A stretch of 64,000 nt of DNA from Octopus sinensis (taxonomy: Eukaryota): NCBI RefSeq assembly GCF_006345805.1, contig NC_043000.1, positions 18,724,001 through 18,788,000 on the forward strand, given 5' to 3'. Shown here in pieces: positions 38,518 to 52,075 of the stretch (its first letter is position 1; each line of letters begins with the position of its first letter). A program made the translations under genes and the position numbers. The notes under the pieces are model-generated. The model had not been told where the DNA came from and searched no databases. It saw only the letters and a program-made list of their open reading frames with translations.

Positions 38518-39768
38518 CTACGAAATATTTAATACTATTAATTTAATTATGTTAAAGAATCTCAAGCAACAAATAAATACATGTGTGCCTCTCTGATTAA
38601 AATATTTACACAGCAGTTTTGAGGAGAGGGGTCTAGTCGATATCATCAATACTAGTCTTCGACAAGTTTCTTATTTTCATCAACTTCGAAAGAATGAAAA
38701 CCAAAGTTGACCTCGGCGTGATTTGAACTCAGATTGTAAAGATCCGGAAGAAATACTGCGAAACATTTTTTGGCCAGTTTTATACGTTATGATAAAAGCT
38801 AGCAGCAACATCTCGTTGCAACAACCAGTGACTGAGATCTTAATAAATCACAATAGATATGATCCTTTGACTAGGAAATGGGAGACATTGATTAGCAGAG
38901 AATGAGGTAATCCAAGCAGTAAATATAGAATTTCATGGATTTTGACTGATGAATTCAGTCAATGGAACGGATCTTAATTTACATGCTTACTTTACTTGTC
39001 AAGTTAATTCCACGCTCAAGTACTTGTAATTTTATAGCTTTGATGGGTTGACTGACTGAATGGCAAATCCAATCTTTCTTGGCAGCTAAATAAATGGTAT
39101 GCACGCATAAAAAAAAACCCAGTTATATACATTCAGTGCATTTCAAATTACTTTATATAAAACTTGGTAAAACAACACAACCAACAGCAAATAATAAAAC
39201 TTTAATGATTTTTAAAATCAGGTTACTTAAAAATAATTCGAATATTAATTAGTTAAATCTTATTCAGAATGCACACACACACACACACACACACTGAAAT
39301 CGACTCTATTCTTAGCTAAATATCTTCTACTACAACATTGGGCTGAGTGAATTTGCTAAATGGAAACTGTGCGGAAAATCGTCGTATGTATACATATAAC
39401 TGAAATATTGAATGATTATATAATTAAAAAATGTTATCAACATGATAAATAGTCAAGTTTGATCTACCATATTAATGCATAGGAGAAGAAAATGAAAATG
39501 ATATTGGTAACTGACTAATATGTATCTTTTTCTCCGCAAATTATTTCAGGTTATTTATTGTATCACGGTGGAAAATTTACGCCAATAATATGTGAACATT
39601 AGTTCACATCAAGAATCATGCAAACCAAATAAAAAACGAAATATTTCTAGTTAGCTTTTAATTTGTTATGCATAGGCACCTTGGGCAAGTGTCTTCTACT
39701 ATAGCCTCGAGCCGACCAAAGCCTAGTGAATGGATTTGGTAGACGGAAACTGAAAGAATCCCGTCGTA

Positions 39769-39799
<31 letters not shown>

Positions 39800-39806
<7 letters not shown>

Positions 39807-39894
39807 AAGAAGTAAATATATGGCACAACGAAGTACCGATATTTCCAGTAAATATCGGTACTTCGTTGTGCCATATATTTACTTCTTTGTATAT
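39800..39894. repeat. Perfect hairpin: 45-bp arms, 5-nt loop
   Basis: 39800-39844 is the reverse complement of 39850-39894. Confidence 0.95.
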
Positions 39895-39948
39895 TTTTCC
39901 CTCAAGGGCTATTCTTTACTGGAAAGCAATACTCTAGTATTGCATTAC

Positions 39949-40025
<77 letters not shown>

Positions 40026-40384
40026 GCTTGTGTGTCTGTGTTTGTCCCCCCAACATCACTTGACAACCGATGGTGGTGTGTTTACGTCCCTGTAACTTAG
40101 CGGTTCAGCAAAAGAGACCGATAGAATACTAGGCTTCCAAAGAATAAGTCTTGGGGTCGATTTTCTCGACTAAAGGCGGTGCTTCAGCAGGGCCGCAGTC
40201 AAATGACCGAAACAAGTAAAAGAGTAAAAGAGTATAGGTTCTTTCTTCTTTTTGCAGTGTAAGATGTGAACAAAGATCAACTAGTTTTGTTGCTTCTAAC
40301 AGCTCATTAGAATTTCAATTCGTCTTTCCGAGATACCAGAGATAGTTGTAGAAGACCAATTATTCAAATGTGGACAAGACATGA

Positions 40385-41490
40385 GGAAAATTCTTATCTT
40401 TCCCAAGAAACCGACGCGCAAACGCTCCTCCAGTCTGATCAGATTTTAACTGCGATAACGGCGGCAATGTGGGCGTCTGCGTCATCTACCCCGTCTTCCA
40501 GGGATAATTCCACTCAGGTAAGATTGGCCACCTTGCTCATTACCACGTCTCAGTTCCGGTCCACTCGGAAGTCGATACCGAACTGTACTCTGAACAGTTT
40601 AAGCGTAGAGGGGTCCAGCGCCTCACTATGGAATGAATTTGTTTCTTTAGGTGTCGAACTGCTTATCAACATGTCTGTGATGACTATTTTTCTCCTGCCA
40701 ACCCTTCCGTATTCCTTCGGAATGGTGCGGACCACCTCTGTCTCGGTGACGTCTGGGACCATGAAGATGACATCATCTGCGTACCCTGACGTAGCATTCT
40801 TGCGTTTAATTCGAAAAGATGCCTTTCAACTATTACAGCTTCGAGGTCCAGCACGTACAGAAGAGGTAAGATGGGACAACCTTGATAGACTGAGTCCGTG
40901 ATGCAAAAATGCTTTCCAGAAGTGAATGTTTGCCCTGACCACCCTAACAAATGCTGCTGGGCCTTGCTATATAGCCTCCGAAAACAGCAGTAAACGGTGG
41001 CTTTCAAAACGGTTATCAAGTTAAAATTATCGAGCTTATAAAAAGATTTTAACCAAACCAAATTCATTAGGTCCCTTTGAAAGCAGTTTTATTTTAAACT
41101 CTGCCTTTCATCCTTTTGGGGTCAATTAAATAAGTATCAGTTACGCACTGGGTCGATGTAATCGACTTAATCCCTTTGTCTGTCCTTGTTTGTCCCCTCT
41201 ATGTTTAGCCCCCACCACCTGTGGGCAATAAAGAAATAAAAAACTCTATGTAGTAACACATGAGCTGAGGTCGTCTGGAATAGATTTGTTCGGAATCGCT
41301 CATGTTTGCAGTTCTCTGATTTGACCGCCACGACAAGAACCAAACTGCTAACATCCTGGATAAAATCTTCAACTCTCCATTCAATAGAGTTATGGATCGA
41401 AATTTATCTACATCCCTTTTGTTGGTGTTCTTTCTCAGCATCGTTACTACTCCTTGTTTCACAACACTAGCAATTCTATCGTTTTCTGTC
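40385..41490 (-). mobile_element. Tx1/L1-type reverse transcriptase remnant, interrupted by a SINE fragment
   Basis: FRSITLLNGELKILSRMLA, QGCPILPLLY and YADD (40783-40772). A related ~130-bp piece lies at ~37510-37640. Confidence 0.8.
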
Positions 41491-41508
41491 AGTTGTGGTA
41501 TTGCAAGT

Positions 41509-41877
41509 GGAGGCGCAATGGCTCAGTGGTTAGGGCAGCGGACTCGCGGTTTCGATTCCCAGACCGGGCGTTGTGAGTGTTTATTGAGCGAAAACACCTA
41601 AAGCTCCTCGAGGCTCCGGCAGGGGATGGTGGTGATCCCTGCTGTACTCTTTCACCACAACTTTCTCTCACTCTTACTTCCTGTGTCTGTTGTACCTGTA
41701 TTTCAAGGGGCCGGCCTTGTCACTCTCTGTGTCACGCTGAATATCCCGAGAACTGCGTTAAGGGTACACGTGTCTGTGGAGTGCTCAGCCACTTACACGT
41801 TAATTTCACGAGCAGGCTGTTCCGTTGATTGGGATCAACCGGAACCCTCATCGTCGTAACCGACGGAGTGCTTCCAA
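41509..41877 (+). mobile_element. SINE B with a small deletion in the head
   Basis: TSD GGTATTGCAA. Confidence 0.9.
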
Positions 41878-43546
41878 GGTATTGCAAACAGATAGAAACA
41901 GAAAGTACACACCATAATAGAATGTTACTTTAATTTGCTGAGTTAAACTAAAATCAGTCAATAAATATATCTTATAGGACAGGCTCCAGCAAATTAGCTT
42001 TCTCTAGATACATGATAAGTCGACATGAACCATCACAATCACCAGCGATCAATGAAATAGCCTTAAAACTGTTAGATCTGATTATGGCAGAAATCTTCAT
42101 CAATCACACCTTGTCATCTGAGAAAAATGAGGCTGTATAAGGCGGGATACTATTGGTCATAAGTTTATTCGAACAACGCCAACATGTGACTTAAATCCTC
42201 AGTTAATTTACATTTTATCGTCGAATAGTTTTGAGTTATAAATTTGGAACTTAATTTGTTGAAGTATTTTATCCTCTAGGCCACAATTCACAATATCACA
42301 ATATTATTTGTTTGTCAAAAGTTAAAGTAGCATATGAAAATATAGTTGTATAAAATACTTCGATACGAAATCCATAATGAACTTAATTATTCCCGAGACA
42401 ATGTTGGTTAAATCTATGTGAACACCATCTTTAATTTTCTGTTTGTGTCACCATGAGGCCAATTGTCAATAATAGACACTGTCTTTATCCTTGTCACGAT
42501 ATTTTCCAAGACGTAAACAATCTATCTTTTTCTTTAAAGTAATTCAGTATAAAATATCTAAAATTTCAAAAGTATAATGATCATTATATACAATATTTAG
42601 CAATTCAATAATTAAATAGTACATTCATTGTGATGATTTCTCTTCCTGCTGGTCTTTACAAAATGTTTTTAAGTCAAAGAGGACATTTCATGACTTAATA
42701 CAATATCTATTTCTTATATAAGAACATGTGAAAACATGAAATTTTGTAACGTTCAGGTTTTCTATAAATAGTGACTTGTATGAAATATAAGCTACAACCA
42801 GAAATCAAAGACCAAATCATAGGCTAGGTTTACTGTATGTTTATCTCTGTCTTTTGCTTGACTCTCAATGGTATACCATTTTTAATACAGAAGTATTGTA
42901 GAGTAAAAAGGCGGCTCCTTGTGAGTTAATTCTCGTTGATACAAGTTCATTTTACTTACGTCCACAATGATCTCGGAACATACAGAGGGATTTTCTGCCT
43001 TGTCATAAAGAAACCCTTATAGAGATCGGTGCCTAACGTACAATAAAAATTTACTTCTCCGGAAAACTGAAACCATGAAATGGTTTGGTTCTCGTTTAAA
43101 GCTATGCAACTTCGCTTCTGCTCCGATTGCATATTTAAAAGAGTATAAGCAAAGATTTCTAGACGTGGTGTGTCAAAAATACTAAGCATTTGTCTTTGGA
43201 ACCCCGTCCCCCAAAAATCAAACAAAAACAAAACAAAAAACATAAAACAATGGATAATTGATTGGAGATATATCCAAGTAAGATGTGCATCTCAGATCAT
43301 GAGCAAGAGTAGTGGGGGAGAATCATAGCCTTGTATTCAAAGGGATTTTTGGGGGTTTGAATAAATTTAACAAAAGCAAAGTTTGAAGGCAATGTTAGCT
43401 ATTTTTCATACTCTCTAGTGGTAAGCAAAAAATAGGAAATAACAGCTGCTACCAAAGGACAAAAATCATGTTACACATTGTAATATATTCAATTCAACAA
43501 GATTTTGTACAATTAGTTCTGAAATTAAGATAAAAATATTACTTAC

Positions 43547-45033
43547 TGAATTTCTTTACCAATCTCTCAAAGACGTAAGAATATATAGCACAAGACAGCG
43601 AATATAATGACATTGCAAAGGATCCCAGGCGCACCCCTTTATCATATCGTTCATGTTTTATGCTACCTCTGGGAGCACTTGGGTCCCCATGATATACCGC
43701 CTGGCCCACAAAGTCTGTAAAATACAAGGAGTAGCAAACCAAAGACATCCAACAGAACAAATTGGTCAAACACAGAATTGATAAAGATTTAGGCATATGT
43801 ATTATTGAACGAAGATATGTTTTCAATGTGACGTCTGTTGAGATTTGTATAGCTTCGTTCTGTTTGATATCCATTTTTGCATCAACGGGTTCTTTTATTT
43901 GTTCGTAAGTCATTTCCTTATCTTCATGTTTTTCAGTCTCTGTTCTCTCATTGGAATCGTGTCTCTGCTCATTATTTTGAGCTGTTTTTTTTTCGGTTTC
44001 AGAACTTCCAAGAGAGTCATACGATGGAATATGATCACTTTCTTTTTCATCGCTGGTATCGCTTTCATTATCAAATTTCTCATATTTCGATTTTCCTACT
44101 TTTTTCTTTTTCTTCTGATATTTTTCAACATCGATATCTAATTCTTCCAAAGGTATTTCTTTGCTGCTGGTTACCGTTAATAAAACACATGGAATGAAAA
44201 TGCCTAAAACAACCATGAAAACGGTTCTAACGTGTCCTTCGAATGCACTTCCTAATGATTGATTATTCCAGTCTATACCACCCATGATGTATCCAACACT
44301 ACCCCCGAGTCCGGCCATAATGGTAAAAGTTGTTATACCGGTATTGTGTTCTTCCGGAATAGTAACATCGAGTAAGTATGACCGAGAAGGTGATTGACAT
44401 GCGTCGCAGTTAAAATCTAATAATATAACACCGATTATAGTTAAGATTATACCTCGGTATGCTATATGTTGTTTCGGAAATGAAGCTATAGACACAACCG
44501 TCGAATTGCTTGCATAGTTCGTATACAATAACGTTCCATTTATGTTATCTCTGTAATCACTGAGAGGCGGTTTGTCACCAGCTAATATTCCAAAGTATTC
44601 GCCGTTCGGAATTAAGACCAAACCAACGATTATGCCAGCAGACATCATAAGAATAAACGGTCGTCTTCTACCAAGACGCAATTTACATCTATCACTCATT
44701 GATCCGAAAATTGGTACCAAAAAGAAACCTAAAAGAGGACTGAGGCACCAGACCCAGGTCATGTATGTAACTGGCACACCCAGCTTCAGAAGAACGGGAC
44801 TTACAAAAGCGGTTTCGGCAGCATAGCAAAGTTCTATTCCGCAAACAGCGGCCGTAATTTGTAGCATTTCAAGTCGCGATTTCTTCTCTCGCACCTTAGT
44901 ATATCCAGGAGGTAGTTTAGATATGTTTGCAAGGTTAATACCAATGTACTGGACGTAAAGGTTCTCTTTAACATTTTTTAGTGCCTGAAGTGTTGATAAA
45001 AATAAAGCCCGTGACATAGTGAGCGATGAAAAT
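43547..45033 (-). CDS. SLC45: SLC45-family MFS transporter (proton-associated sugar transporter/MATP-like), large first coding exon; ATG at 45017
   Basis: The ORF has the SLC45 N-terminal signature (GIELCYAAETAFVSP, WCLSPLLGF, SDRCKLRLGRRRPFI, LLDFNCDACQSPSRSYLLD, LTNLFCWMSLVCYSLYFTDFVGQAVY). A polypyrimidine tract and AG (45035-45034) precede the exon. It ends at the donor TTCA|GTAAGT (phase 1). The paralog cannot be assigned without a search. Confidence 0.93.
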
Positions 45034-45294
45034 CTAAAAATAAAAGAAAAAAGAAATATAGAAAGTATGAAATCAAAATTCAATGAAATACAATATAATA
45101 ACTCATATGCGTTTAAATTCACATTTATAGTTATCGAAATACTGTCAGAATTGTATAATTTGATACTTTATTTTTAAGGGTCTTGAAAAGTCATAAATAT
45201 CAATAAAGATGAACATTGTTAACAATGTGTTATATTATAAGCGTTAAACCTTTCAATCAAATGTTTTCTCATCCAGTATTTTATTTATTAAACA

Positions 45295-45684
45295 CTAGCA
45301 GTATCGCCCGGCGTTGCTCGGATTTGTAAGGGAAATAACTATATAAGTATTTTTAGAGAGTTACAGCAAAAAAAAGCATTAAAAATGGAATAAAAAATTA
45401 TGGTAAATTTTTTAAAAATCATTGACTCATCGTAGACATTTTTAGAGAGTTACTTCCCTTATATAATAGCGAAAAAATGCATTAAAATGGAAAAAATGAT
45501 GGTAAATTTCTTTTTAAATCGTAGACTCATCGTAGACGCGCGCTAATACCTAGAAGGGCTCGATATGAATCACGACTATAAGATACCCGAATTTGGTTAA
45601 ACTGCACCGCAAAATGTGGGAGTAGTTAGGAATCTAAATCGTAGGAGACAGACACTCACACAACTTCACTTTTATATATATAGA
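45295..45684 (-). mobile_element. Non-autonomous Helitron, same family
   Basis: Reverse-complement copy of 53259-53655 with the same termini. Confidence 0.8.
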
Positions 45685-45996
45685 TAAAGCATCTAAATTT
45701 TAAAAAATTAAAAAATCTGACACCATCAAACCATTCTCTTATTTAGTAAGTTATTATTTTCGTTCCCAGGTCAGCCTTGGCTGAGCAGACTTTTAATAAA
45801 AAATGCTCCAGATGTGATCATACCAACTTTTTCCAGGTTCAGTATACCTAAACCTACATTAGATAAGTCATACAAAACTATCTTTTTATAAACATTAGGA
45901 TGTAACTTAAGGTGTTAGTTTCTATTAATTGGTGTCAATAGAAACGCTAGTGATACTAATAATATATATTGTGTGGTCATAATTTCTGATACTTGA

Positions 45997-46075
<79 letters not shown>

Positions 46076-46115
46076 ATATATATATATAATATATATTATA
46101 TATATATATATATAT

Positions 46116-47348
46116 ATTGTAATGTTTGTCGCCACTTCAGTATGGCTGTTCCGTTCGAACGAACATTACAACTCACCCAACAAGAACTCACTACTTGAAC
46201 AAAACTTGACTTAAACAGGATTCGAATAATCCTATCAGGTGGTGCTATTAAGTTAGACATGGCCTGGACCAATCTTTGGTCGAAACATATCTAAGTTTAA
46301 CTAAGTTTCTCGCCGTTGCTAAACATTTTAGATTATCTTTTTCTGTGAAAAAACTAAATCAGTTACGATATGCCATATCAACTCTTTATGGAGATTTTAA
46401 CGTCAGTGTTTAGAATTAGTTTGAATAGCTGAATTATTAAAGTAGTTGAATTTGTAACATAATACTTAAGCTTCTTACTGAGATCTGACATATTATTCAA
46501 AATGTAGTAGAAATGTTTCTAGTCAAATGTAAGCAGTTTAAATCATTTGTTGCTTATATTGAAATCAAACAGCAATTATTATTCCGAAGATTTCTTAGAC
46601 ATATTCAATAATTTCTTCTGATTTAAAATTAATGATCTTAGAGCAACATAGTAATAATTAAAATTTTTCTATAGACAGACGAAAATTTGATAATTACACA
46701 AATAAAGCAAAAATCATTTCGAAACGTTCACTCTCTCAGTGGATTGCATCAACCAAAGGAGGTAAGAAGTTGCTGCTTAACCGAATTTCAATGAACTTTA
46801 TACCACCATCTAGCTTGCAATCGATATATTGGTAAAAGTTAACTATTGGGGATTCATAAGACCACTTATAAAAATGATTAGATTTTGTGGAAATTGTTAA
46901 GGTGATAGATTTAGAAACTTAGTTTCATATACTTATTAGTTTCATATTAGTTTCATATCATATTATTTTTATTCATAGACTTCACATAAAGTAGACATAA
47001 TGTTAAGGTTGTCAAGGGATACAATGTTAATAAGATAACATGGCATGTAGCCATAACTATTATATTTAAAGACAATTAGCTCGCTTGTTTTAGCCGTCAG
47101 TGCTTTTTCAAAACAGCAAACAGTTCTGCATAACAAGGATCTGATAAAAAATATATTGCTACTTTAAATCATCGTTTAAATACATTTTTCCTGATTTTGT
47201 TTTGATTTTTTCTAACGAAATTTGTCACGTATTAAGCAAAGTGGTTAGATTTTGTACAATTCTCGAAAAATATATTCCGTGGATTCGACATCATGCAACA
47301 ATTGCTGTAGAAAAAGAAAATCATTACACATTTAAGTACAGACCGCGC

Positions 47349-47425
<77 letters not shown>

Positions 47426-47428
47426 ATA

Positions 47429-47459
<31 letters not shown>

Positions 47460-48708
47460 GATATATATATATATATTGTAATGTTTGTCGCCACTTCAGT
47501 ATGGCTGTTCCGTTCGAACGAACATTACAACTCACCCAACAAGAACTCACTACTTGAACAAAACTTGACTTAAACAGGATTCGAATAATCCTATCAGGTG
47601 GTGCTATTAAGTTAGACATGGCCTGGACCAATCTTTGGTCGAAACATATCTAAGTTTAACTAAGTTTCTCGCCGTTGCTAAACATTTTAGATTATCTTTT
47701 TCTGTGAAAAAACTAAATCAGTTACGATATGCCATATCAACTCTTTATGGAGATTTTAACGTCAGTGTTTAGAATTAGTTTGAATAGCTGAATTATTAAA
47801 GTAGTTGAATTTGTAACATAATACTTAAGCTTCTTACTGAGATCTGACATATTATTCAAAATGTAGTAGAAATGTTTCTAGTCAAATGTAAGCAGTTTAA
47901 ATCATTTGTTGCTTATATTGAAATCAAACAGCAATTATTATTCCGAAGATTTCTTAGACATATTCAATAATTTCTTCTGATTTAAAATTAATGATCTTAG
48001 AGCAACATAGTAATAATTAAAATTTTTCTATAGACAGACGAAAATTTGATAATTACACAAATAAAGCAAAAATCATTTCGAAACGTTCACTCTCTCAGTG
48101 GATTGCATCAACCAAAGGAGGTAAGAAGTTGCTGCTTAACCGAATTTCAATGAACTTTATACCACCATCTAGCTTGCAATCGATATATTGGTAAAAGTTA
48201 ACTATTGGGGATTCATAAGACCACTTATAAAAATGATTAGATTTTGTGGAAATTGTTAAGGTGATAGATTTAGAAACTTAGTTTCATATACTTATTAGTT
48301 TCATATTAGTTTCATATCATATTATTTTTATTCATAGACTTCACATAAAGTAGACATAATGTTAAGGTTGTCAAGGGATACAATGTTAATAAGATAACAT
48401 GGCATGTAGCCATAACTATTATATTTAAAGACAATTAGCTCGCTTGTTTTAGCCGTCAGTGCTTTTTCAAAACAGCAAACAGTTCTGCATAACAAAGGAT
48501 CTGATAAAAAATATATTGCTACTTTAAATCATCGTTTAAATACATTTTTCCTGATTTTGTTTTGATTTTTTCTAACGAAATTTGTCACGTATTAAGCAAA
48601 GTGGTTAGATTTTGTACAATTCTCGAAAAATATATTCCGTGGATTCGACATCATGCAACAATTGCTGTAGAAAAAGAAAATCATTACACATTTAAGTACA
48701 GACCGCGC

Positions 48709-48712
<4 letters not shown>
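46116..48712. repeat. ~1.36-kb near-perfect tandem duplication with (TA)n junctions
   Basis: Unit offset is 1359 at the start and 1360 at the end, from a 1-nt indel (ATAACAAGG vs ATAACAAAGG). Confidence 0.95.
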
Positions 48713-48777
<65 letters not shown>

Positions 48778-48809
48778 GAGGCGCGGTCTGTACTTAAATG
48801 TGTAATGAT
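48680..48809. repeat. Hairpin: 33-bp arms around a (TA)n centre
   Basis: 48680-48712 is the reverse complement of 48777-48809. Confidence 0.93.
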
Positions 48810-48906
48810 ATATATATATATATATACTCTTTTACTTGTTTCAGTCATTTGACTGTGGCCATGCTGGAGTACTGCCTTTAGTCGAGCAAATCGACCCCAG
48901 GACTTA

Positions 48907-48952
48907 TTCTGATGAAGTGATAACCCAAATATCCCAGAAACAGCTGTAAGAC
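48907..48952 (+). ncRNA. Minimal Penelope-type hammerhead-like motif with palindromic stem III
   Basis: CUGAUGA-A-GUGAUA-ACCCAAA-UAUCCC-A-GAAA-CAGCUG-U-A|AGAC. ACAGCUGU is self-complementary. The 5' side of stem I abuts a SINE fragment. Confidence 0.4.
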
Positions 48953-49173
48953 TAGCTTTCTCTTTATAAATGTCCTGAAAATTCCACACAGCCTTAGCTT
49001 TGTTGTCTCATTTTATTTAACATATGCATGCTCATACAAGATCCACAGTAGAATCCTCACTCGCATCATTATCGAACCGAGAGTTTAACTGCGGTCCTTC
49101 CATTGCACTTACATAACGTTACCTGTCACCTTGGGTCTTCTGGATACCTATACCTCTCATACACACACACACA

Positions 49174-49230
<57 letters not shown>

Positions 49231-49261
49231 CATATACAGAGAGAGAGAGAGAGAGAGAGAG

Positions 49262-49482
49262 GAGAAATGGAAAGAAAAGAAGAGACGTCAACAAGAGACT
49301 ATGGCATTACAACCAGCCAGGAACAGTCTTCGCTACATTTGCGGTACCTGCCAGAGGGAGTGTTTGTCCAGGATAGGACTACACAGCCACAGCAGGAAAT
49401 GTATCAGGACATGAAATATAAAAGCCGGACTAGACTACTTCATGCGCAACTCCATTGTCTCCCGAGACAGAAAGGATGCCAA

Positions 49483-49485
<3 letters not shown>
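49262..49485 (+). mobile_element. RTE-clade LINE 3' fragment
   Basis: YICGTCQRECLSRIGLHSHSRKC C-terminal motif and an RTE-like 3' end. Confidence 0.82.
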
Positions 49486-49559
<74 letters not shown>

Positions 49560-49562
<3 letters not shown>

Positions 49563-49704
49563 GAGAATTCACAAAAAAAAGACGAAGACAGGTGGTGTAG
49601 ACAACAAACAGATGTATTAGTATAACGCTTGGGAAGTGAAAAAGTCTTTAACGTTTCGAGCCTACACTCTTCCATAGAAAGGAACACAGGAAGAAACAAG
49701 GAGA

Positions 49705-49710
<6 letters not shown>
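49560..49710 (-). mobile_element. Repeat F copy, degenerate hammerhead core (49681-49646)
   Basis: Homologous to the other F copies; core reads CUAUGGA; (TA)n on both sides. Confidence 0.55.
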
Positions 49711-49771
<61 letters not shown>

Positions 49772-50394
49772 GCGGGATCGACATCAGATGTGTGGCACAC
49801 CGTGTACCTGTACAGGTAATATCGACTTGATGGAAGGAATGGTCTAATGTGCAGCACAAAAGTTTGATTACTACAAATAAATTATCTGTGCAGGTTGTTC
49901 ACCAAGAAATTGCAGAACTGTCTTTCCCGAACTCGTGACACAACCCAAAAAATACGCACACACGCGCGCGCGCGCGCGCGCACTCACACACACACGTTAA
50001 AGAGAATTTTCAGAAAAGAATTTTCTAGATACAGTTAGCATTTGAAAAAACAAAAAAAGAGAAGGAAAATTTTCTTACATTAAGAATTATTATTTGCATA
50101 AAAATATAGAAGATTAACGCACATTTTGAAAGATGGAACTCTTTGGATCAACCAGATGAACGCAGACCTGATATCTGATGCTTTGTATTAATCAGCTTTT
50201 TGAAAAATCTCTTATAAGTATAATTAATAATTTTAGATTTAGCATGATCTTATTTTCAAAGATATATGTGTGTTTGTGTGTGCATATATACGTACATATA
50301 TACATACATGTATGTATGTATGTATGTATGTATGTATGTATGTATGTATATATATATGTAATATATATATATGCATATAGATAGTTAATCCAAA

Positions 50395-50590
50395 CATGAA
50401 CAAAGAGTAAACACAACAACGCGAGGACGTGGAACAAGTATAGTGTTATTGGACGCTCGGGAAAGGAAAGAAAGAAGAAGGATTTAACGTTTCGAGCGGA
50501 GCTCTTCGTCAGAAACTTAGAAAAAGGAAAGGTCCAAGGAAGGGAAGACGGAGAAAGAAAATCGCCTACGATACACACGCGGTCACAGTT
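50395..50590 (-). mobile_element. F-related repeat with a canonical-core minimal hammerhead (50516-50482)
   Basis: GUUU-CUGACGA-A-GAGC-UCC-GCUC-GAAACGUU-AAAU. Stem II is the same as in F but with a different loop. Confidence 0.55.
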
Positions 50591-50647
50591 AGATGCATAC
50601 ATACATACGTACATAGATAGATAGATTGATAGATAAATAGATACATT

Positions 50648-50681
<34 letters not shown>

Positions 50682-52075
50682 TATTCTTTTCTTTCATTCT
50701 TTCACTTGCTTCAGTCATTTGACTGCGGCCATGCTGGAGCACCGCCTTTAGTCGAGAAAATCGACCCCGGGACTTATTCTTTGTAAGCCCAGTACTTATT
50801 CTATCGGTCTCTTTTTGCCGAACCGCGAAGTGACGGGGACGTAAACACACCAGCATCGGTTGTCAAGCAATGCTAGGGGGACAAACACAGACACACAAAC
50901 ACACAAATACATATATATATATACATATATACGACAGGCTTCTTTCAGTTTCCGTCTACCAAATCCACTCACAAGGCTTTGGTCGGCCCGAGGCTATAGT
51001 AGAAGACACTTGCCCAAGATGCCACGCAGTGGGACTGAACCCGGAACAATGTGGTTGGTAAACAAGCTACTTACCACACAGCCACTCCTGCGCCTATATA
51101 TATTAGAGCGATAGATGTGTATGTTTGTGTGTGAAAATTAAACATTTTTCATCTATTTTTCTTTTACCTTATTGTTTAAAATTAATTTCTTTGTTATTCT
51201 TTTATTTTTGCTTTTTGTTCTTAAAAAGTTTTGGTTACAAAATTTATGGTTTTTGAAATTAACGTACTTCACAGAATCTGGCTTATACCCACGCAGTTTT
51301 GGTAATGATGTGCAACGTGAAGAATTACCACGAAATAAAAGATTAGAGTTTTACATCAGCACAAGTCGATAGGGAAGGCAGCATAACGGTTTTCGTTTTC
51401 CTCTTTTTGATAGAGCCGCACTGTGTCCTTGGAAAGAATCACATATCCACTTGGTGCCTAAAACACCAAGCTGTAAATAAACAGCATGTTATTGTGAAAT
51501 TCAGTTTTGTAGGAGCATTGATTCATATTTTGGCACAAGGCCAGCAATTTCAGGGGTGGGAGACAAGTCGATAACATCTATTCCAGCGCTTGGCTTGTAC
51601 TTATTTTACTGACCTTGAAGGGCAAAGTCGACGTCGACAGAATTTGAGACTGTCAGAGTGTAGTTGGTAACTAATAAGTTAACTTCACGGAACAGAGGCC
51701 ACTGTAATAGCAATATAAAAGGCAGCAAGGGAAGCGTGTTGATGAATAACTTCGTGCGACCCAGTGAAATGTGCTCCCTTTTGATGTATGTTAGTGTTAT
51801 AACGAAAAAGAAACCGATTACTAAATAATTGTAATGAAGTGAATTTTGAAAATGTATTACAATCTAATTCTTCTTCCTGATTTCATAGAGTGACTCAACG
51901 GAACAAATTTGTAGGAATTACGTATAATCGATTGTATGGACATTTCATTATTGGGACATTGTAGAAGCCAAAGAAGAAACTACGTACATGAAATAGCTAC
52001 CACATTCCCCTCAAACCGCGTATACTATATTCAAAAGACAGAAAGTTGTGTTAGATAATGTAGTACTAAATGTGT

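Noticed and set aside
45018-45122. N-terminal extension of the 527-aa ORF (MNLNAYELL...)
   Set aside because: It reads through the intron's polypyrimidine tract; the acceptor AG is at 45035-45034.
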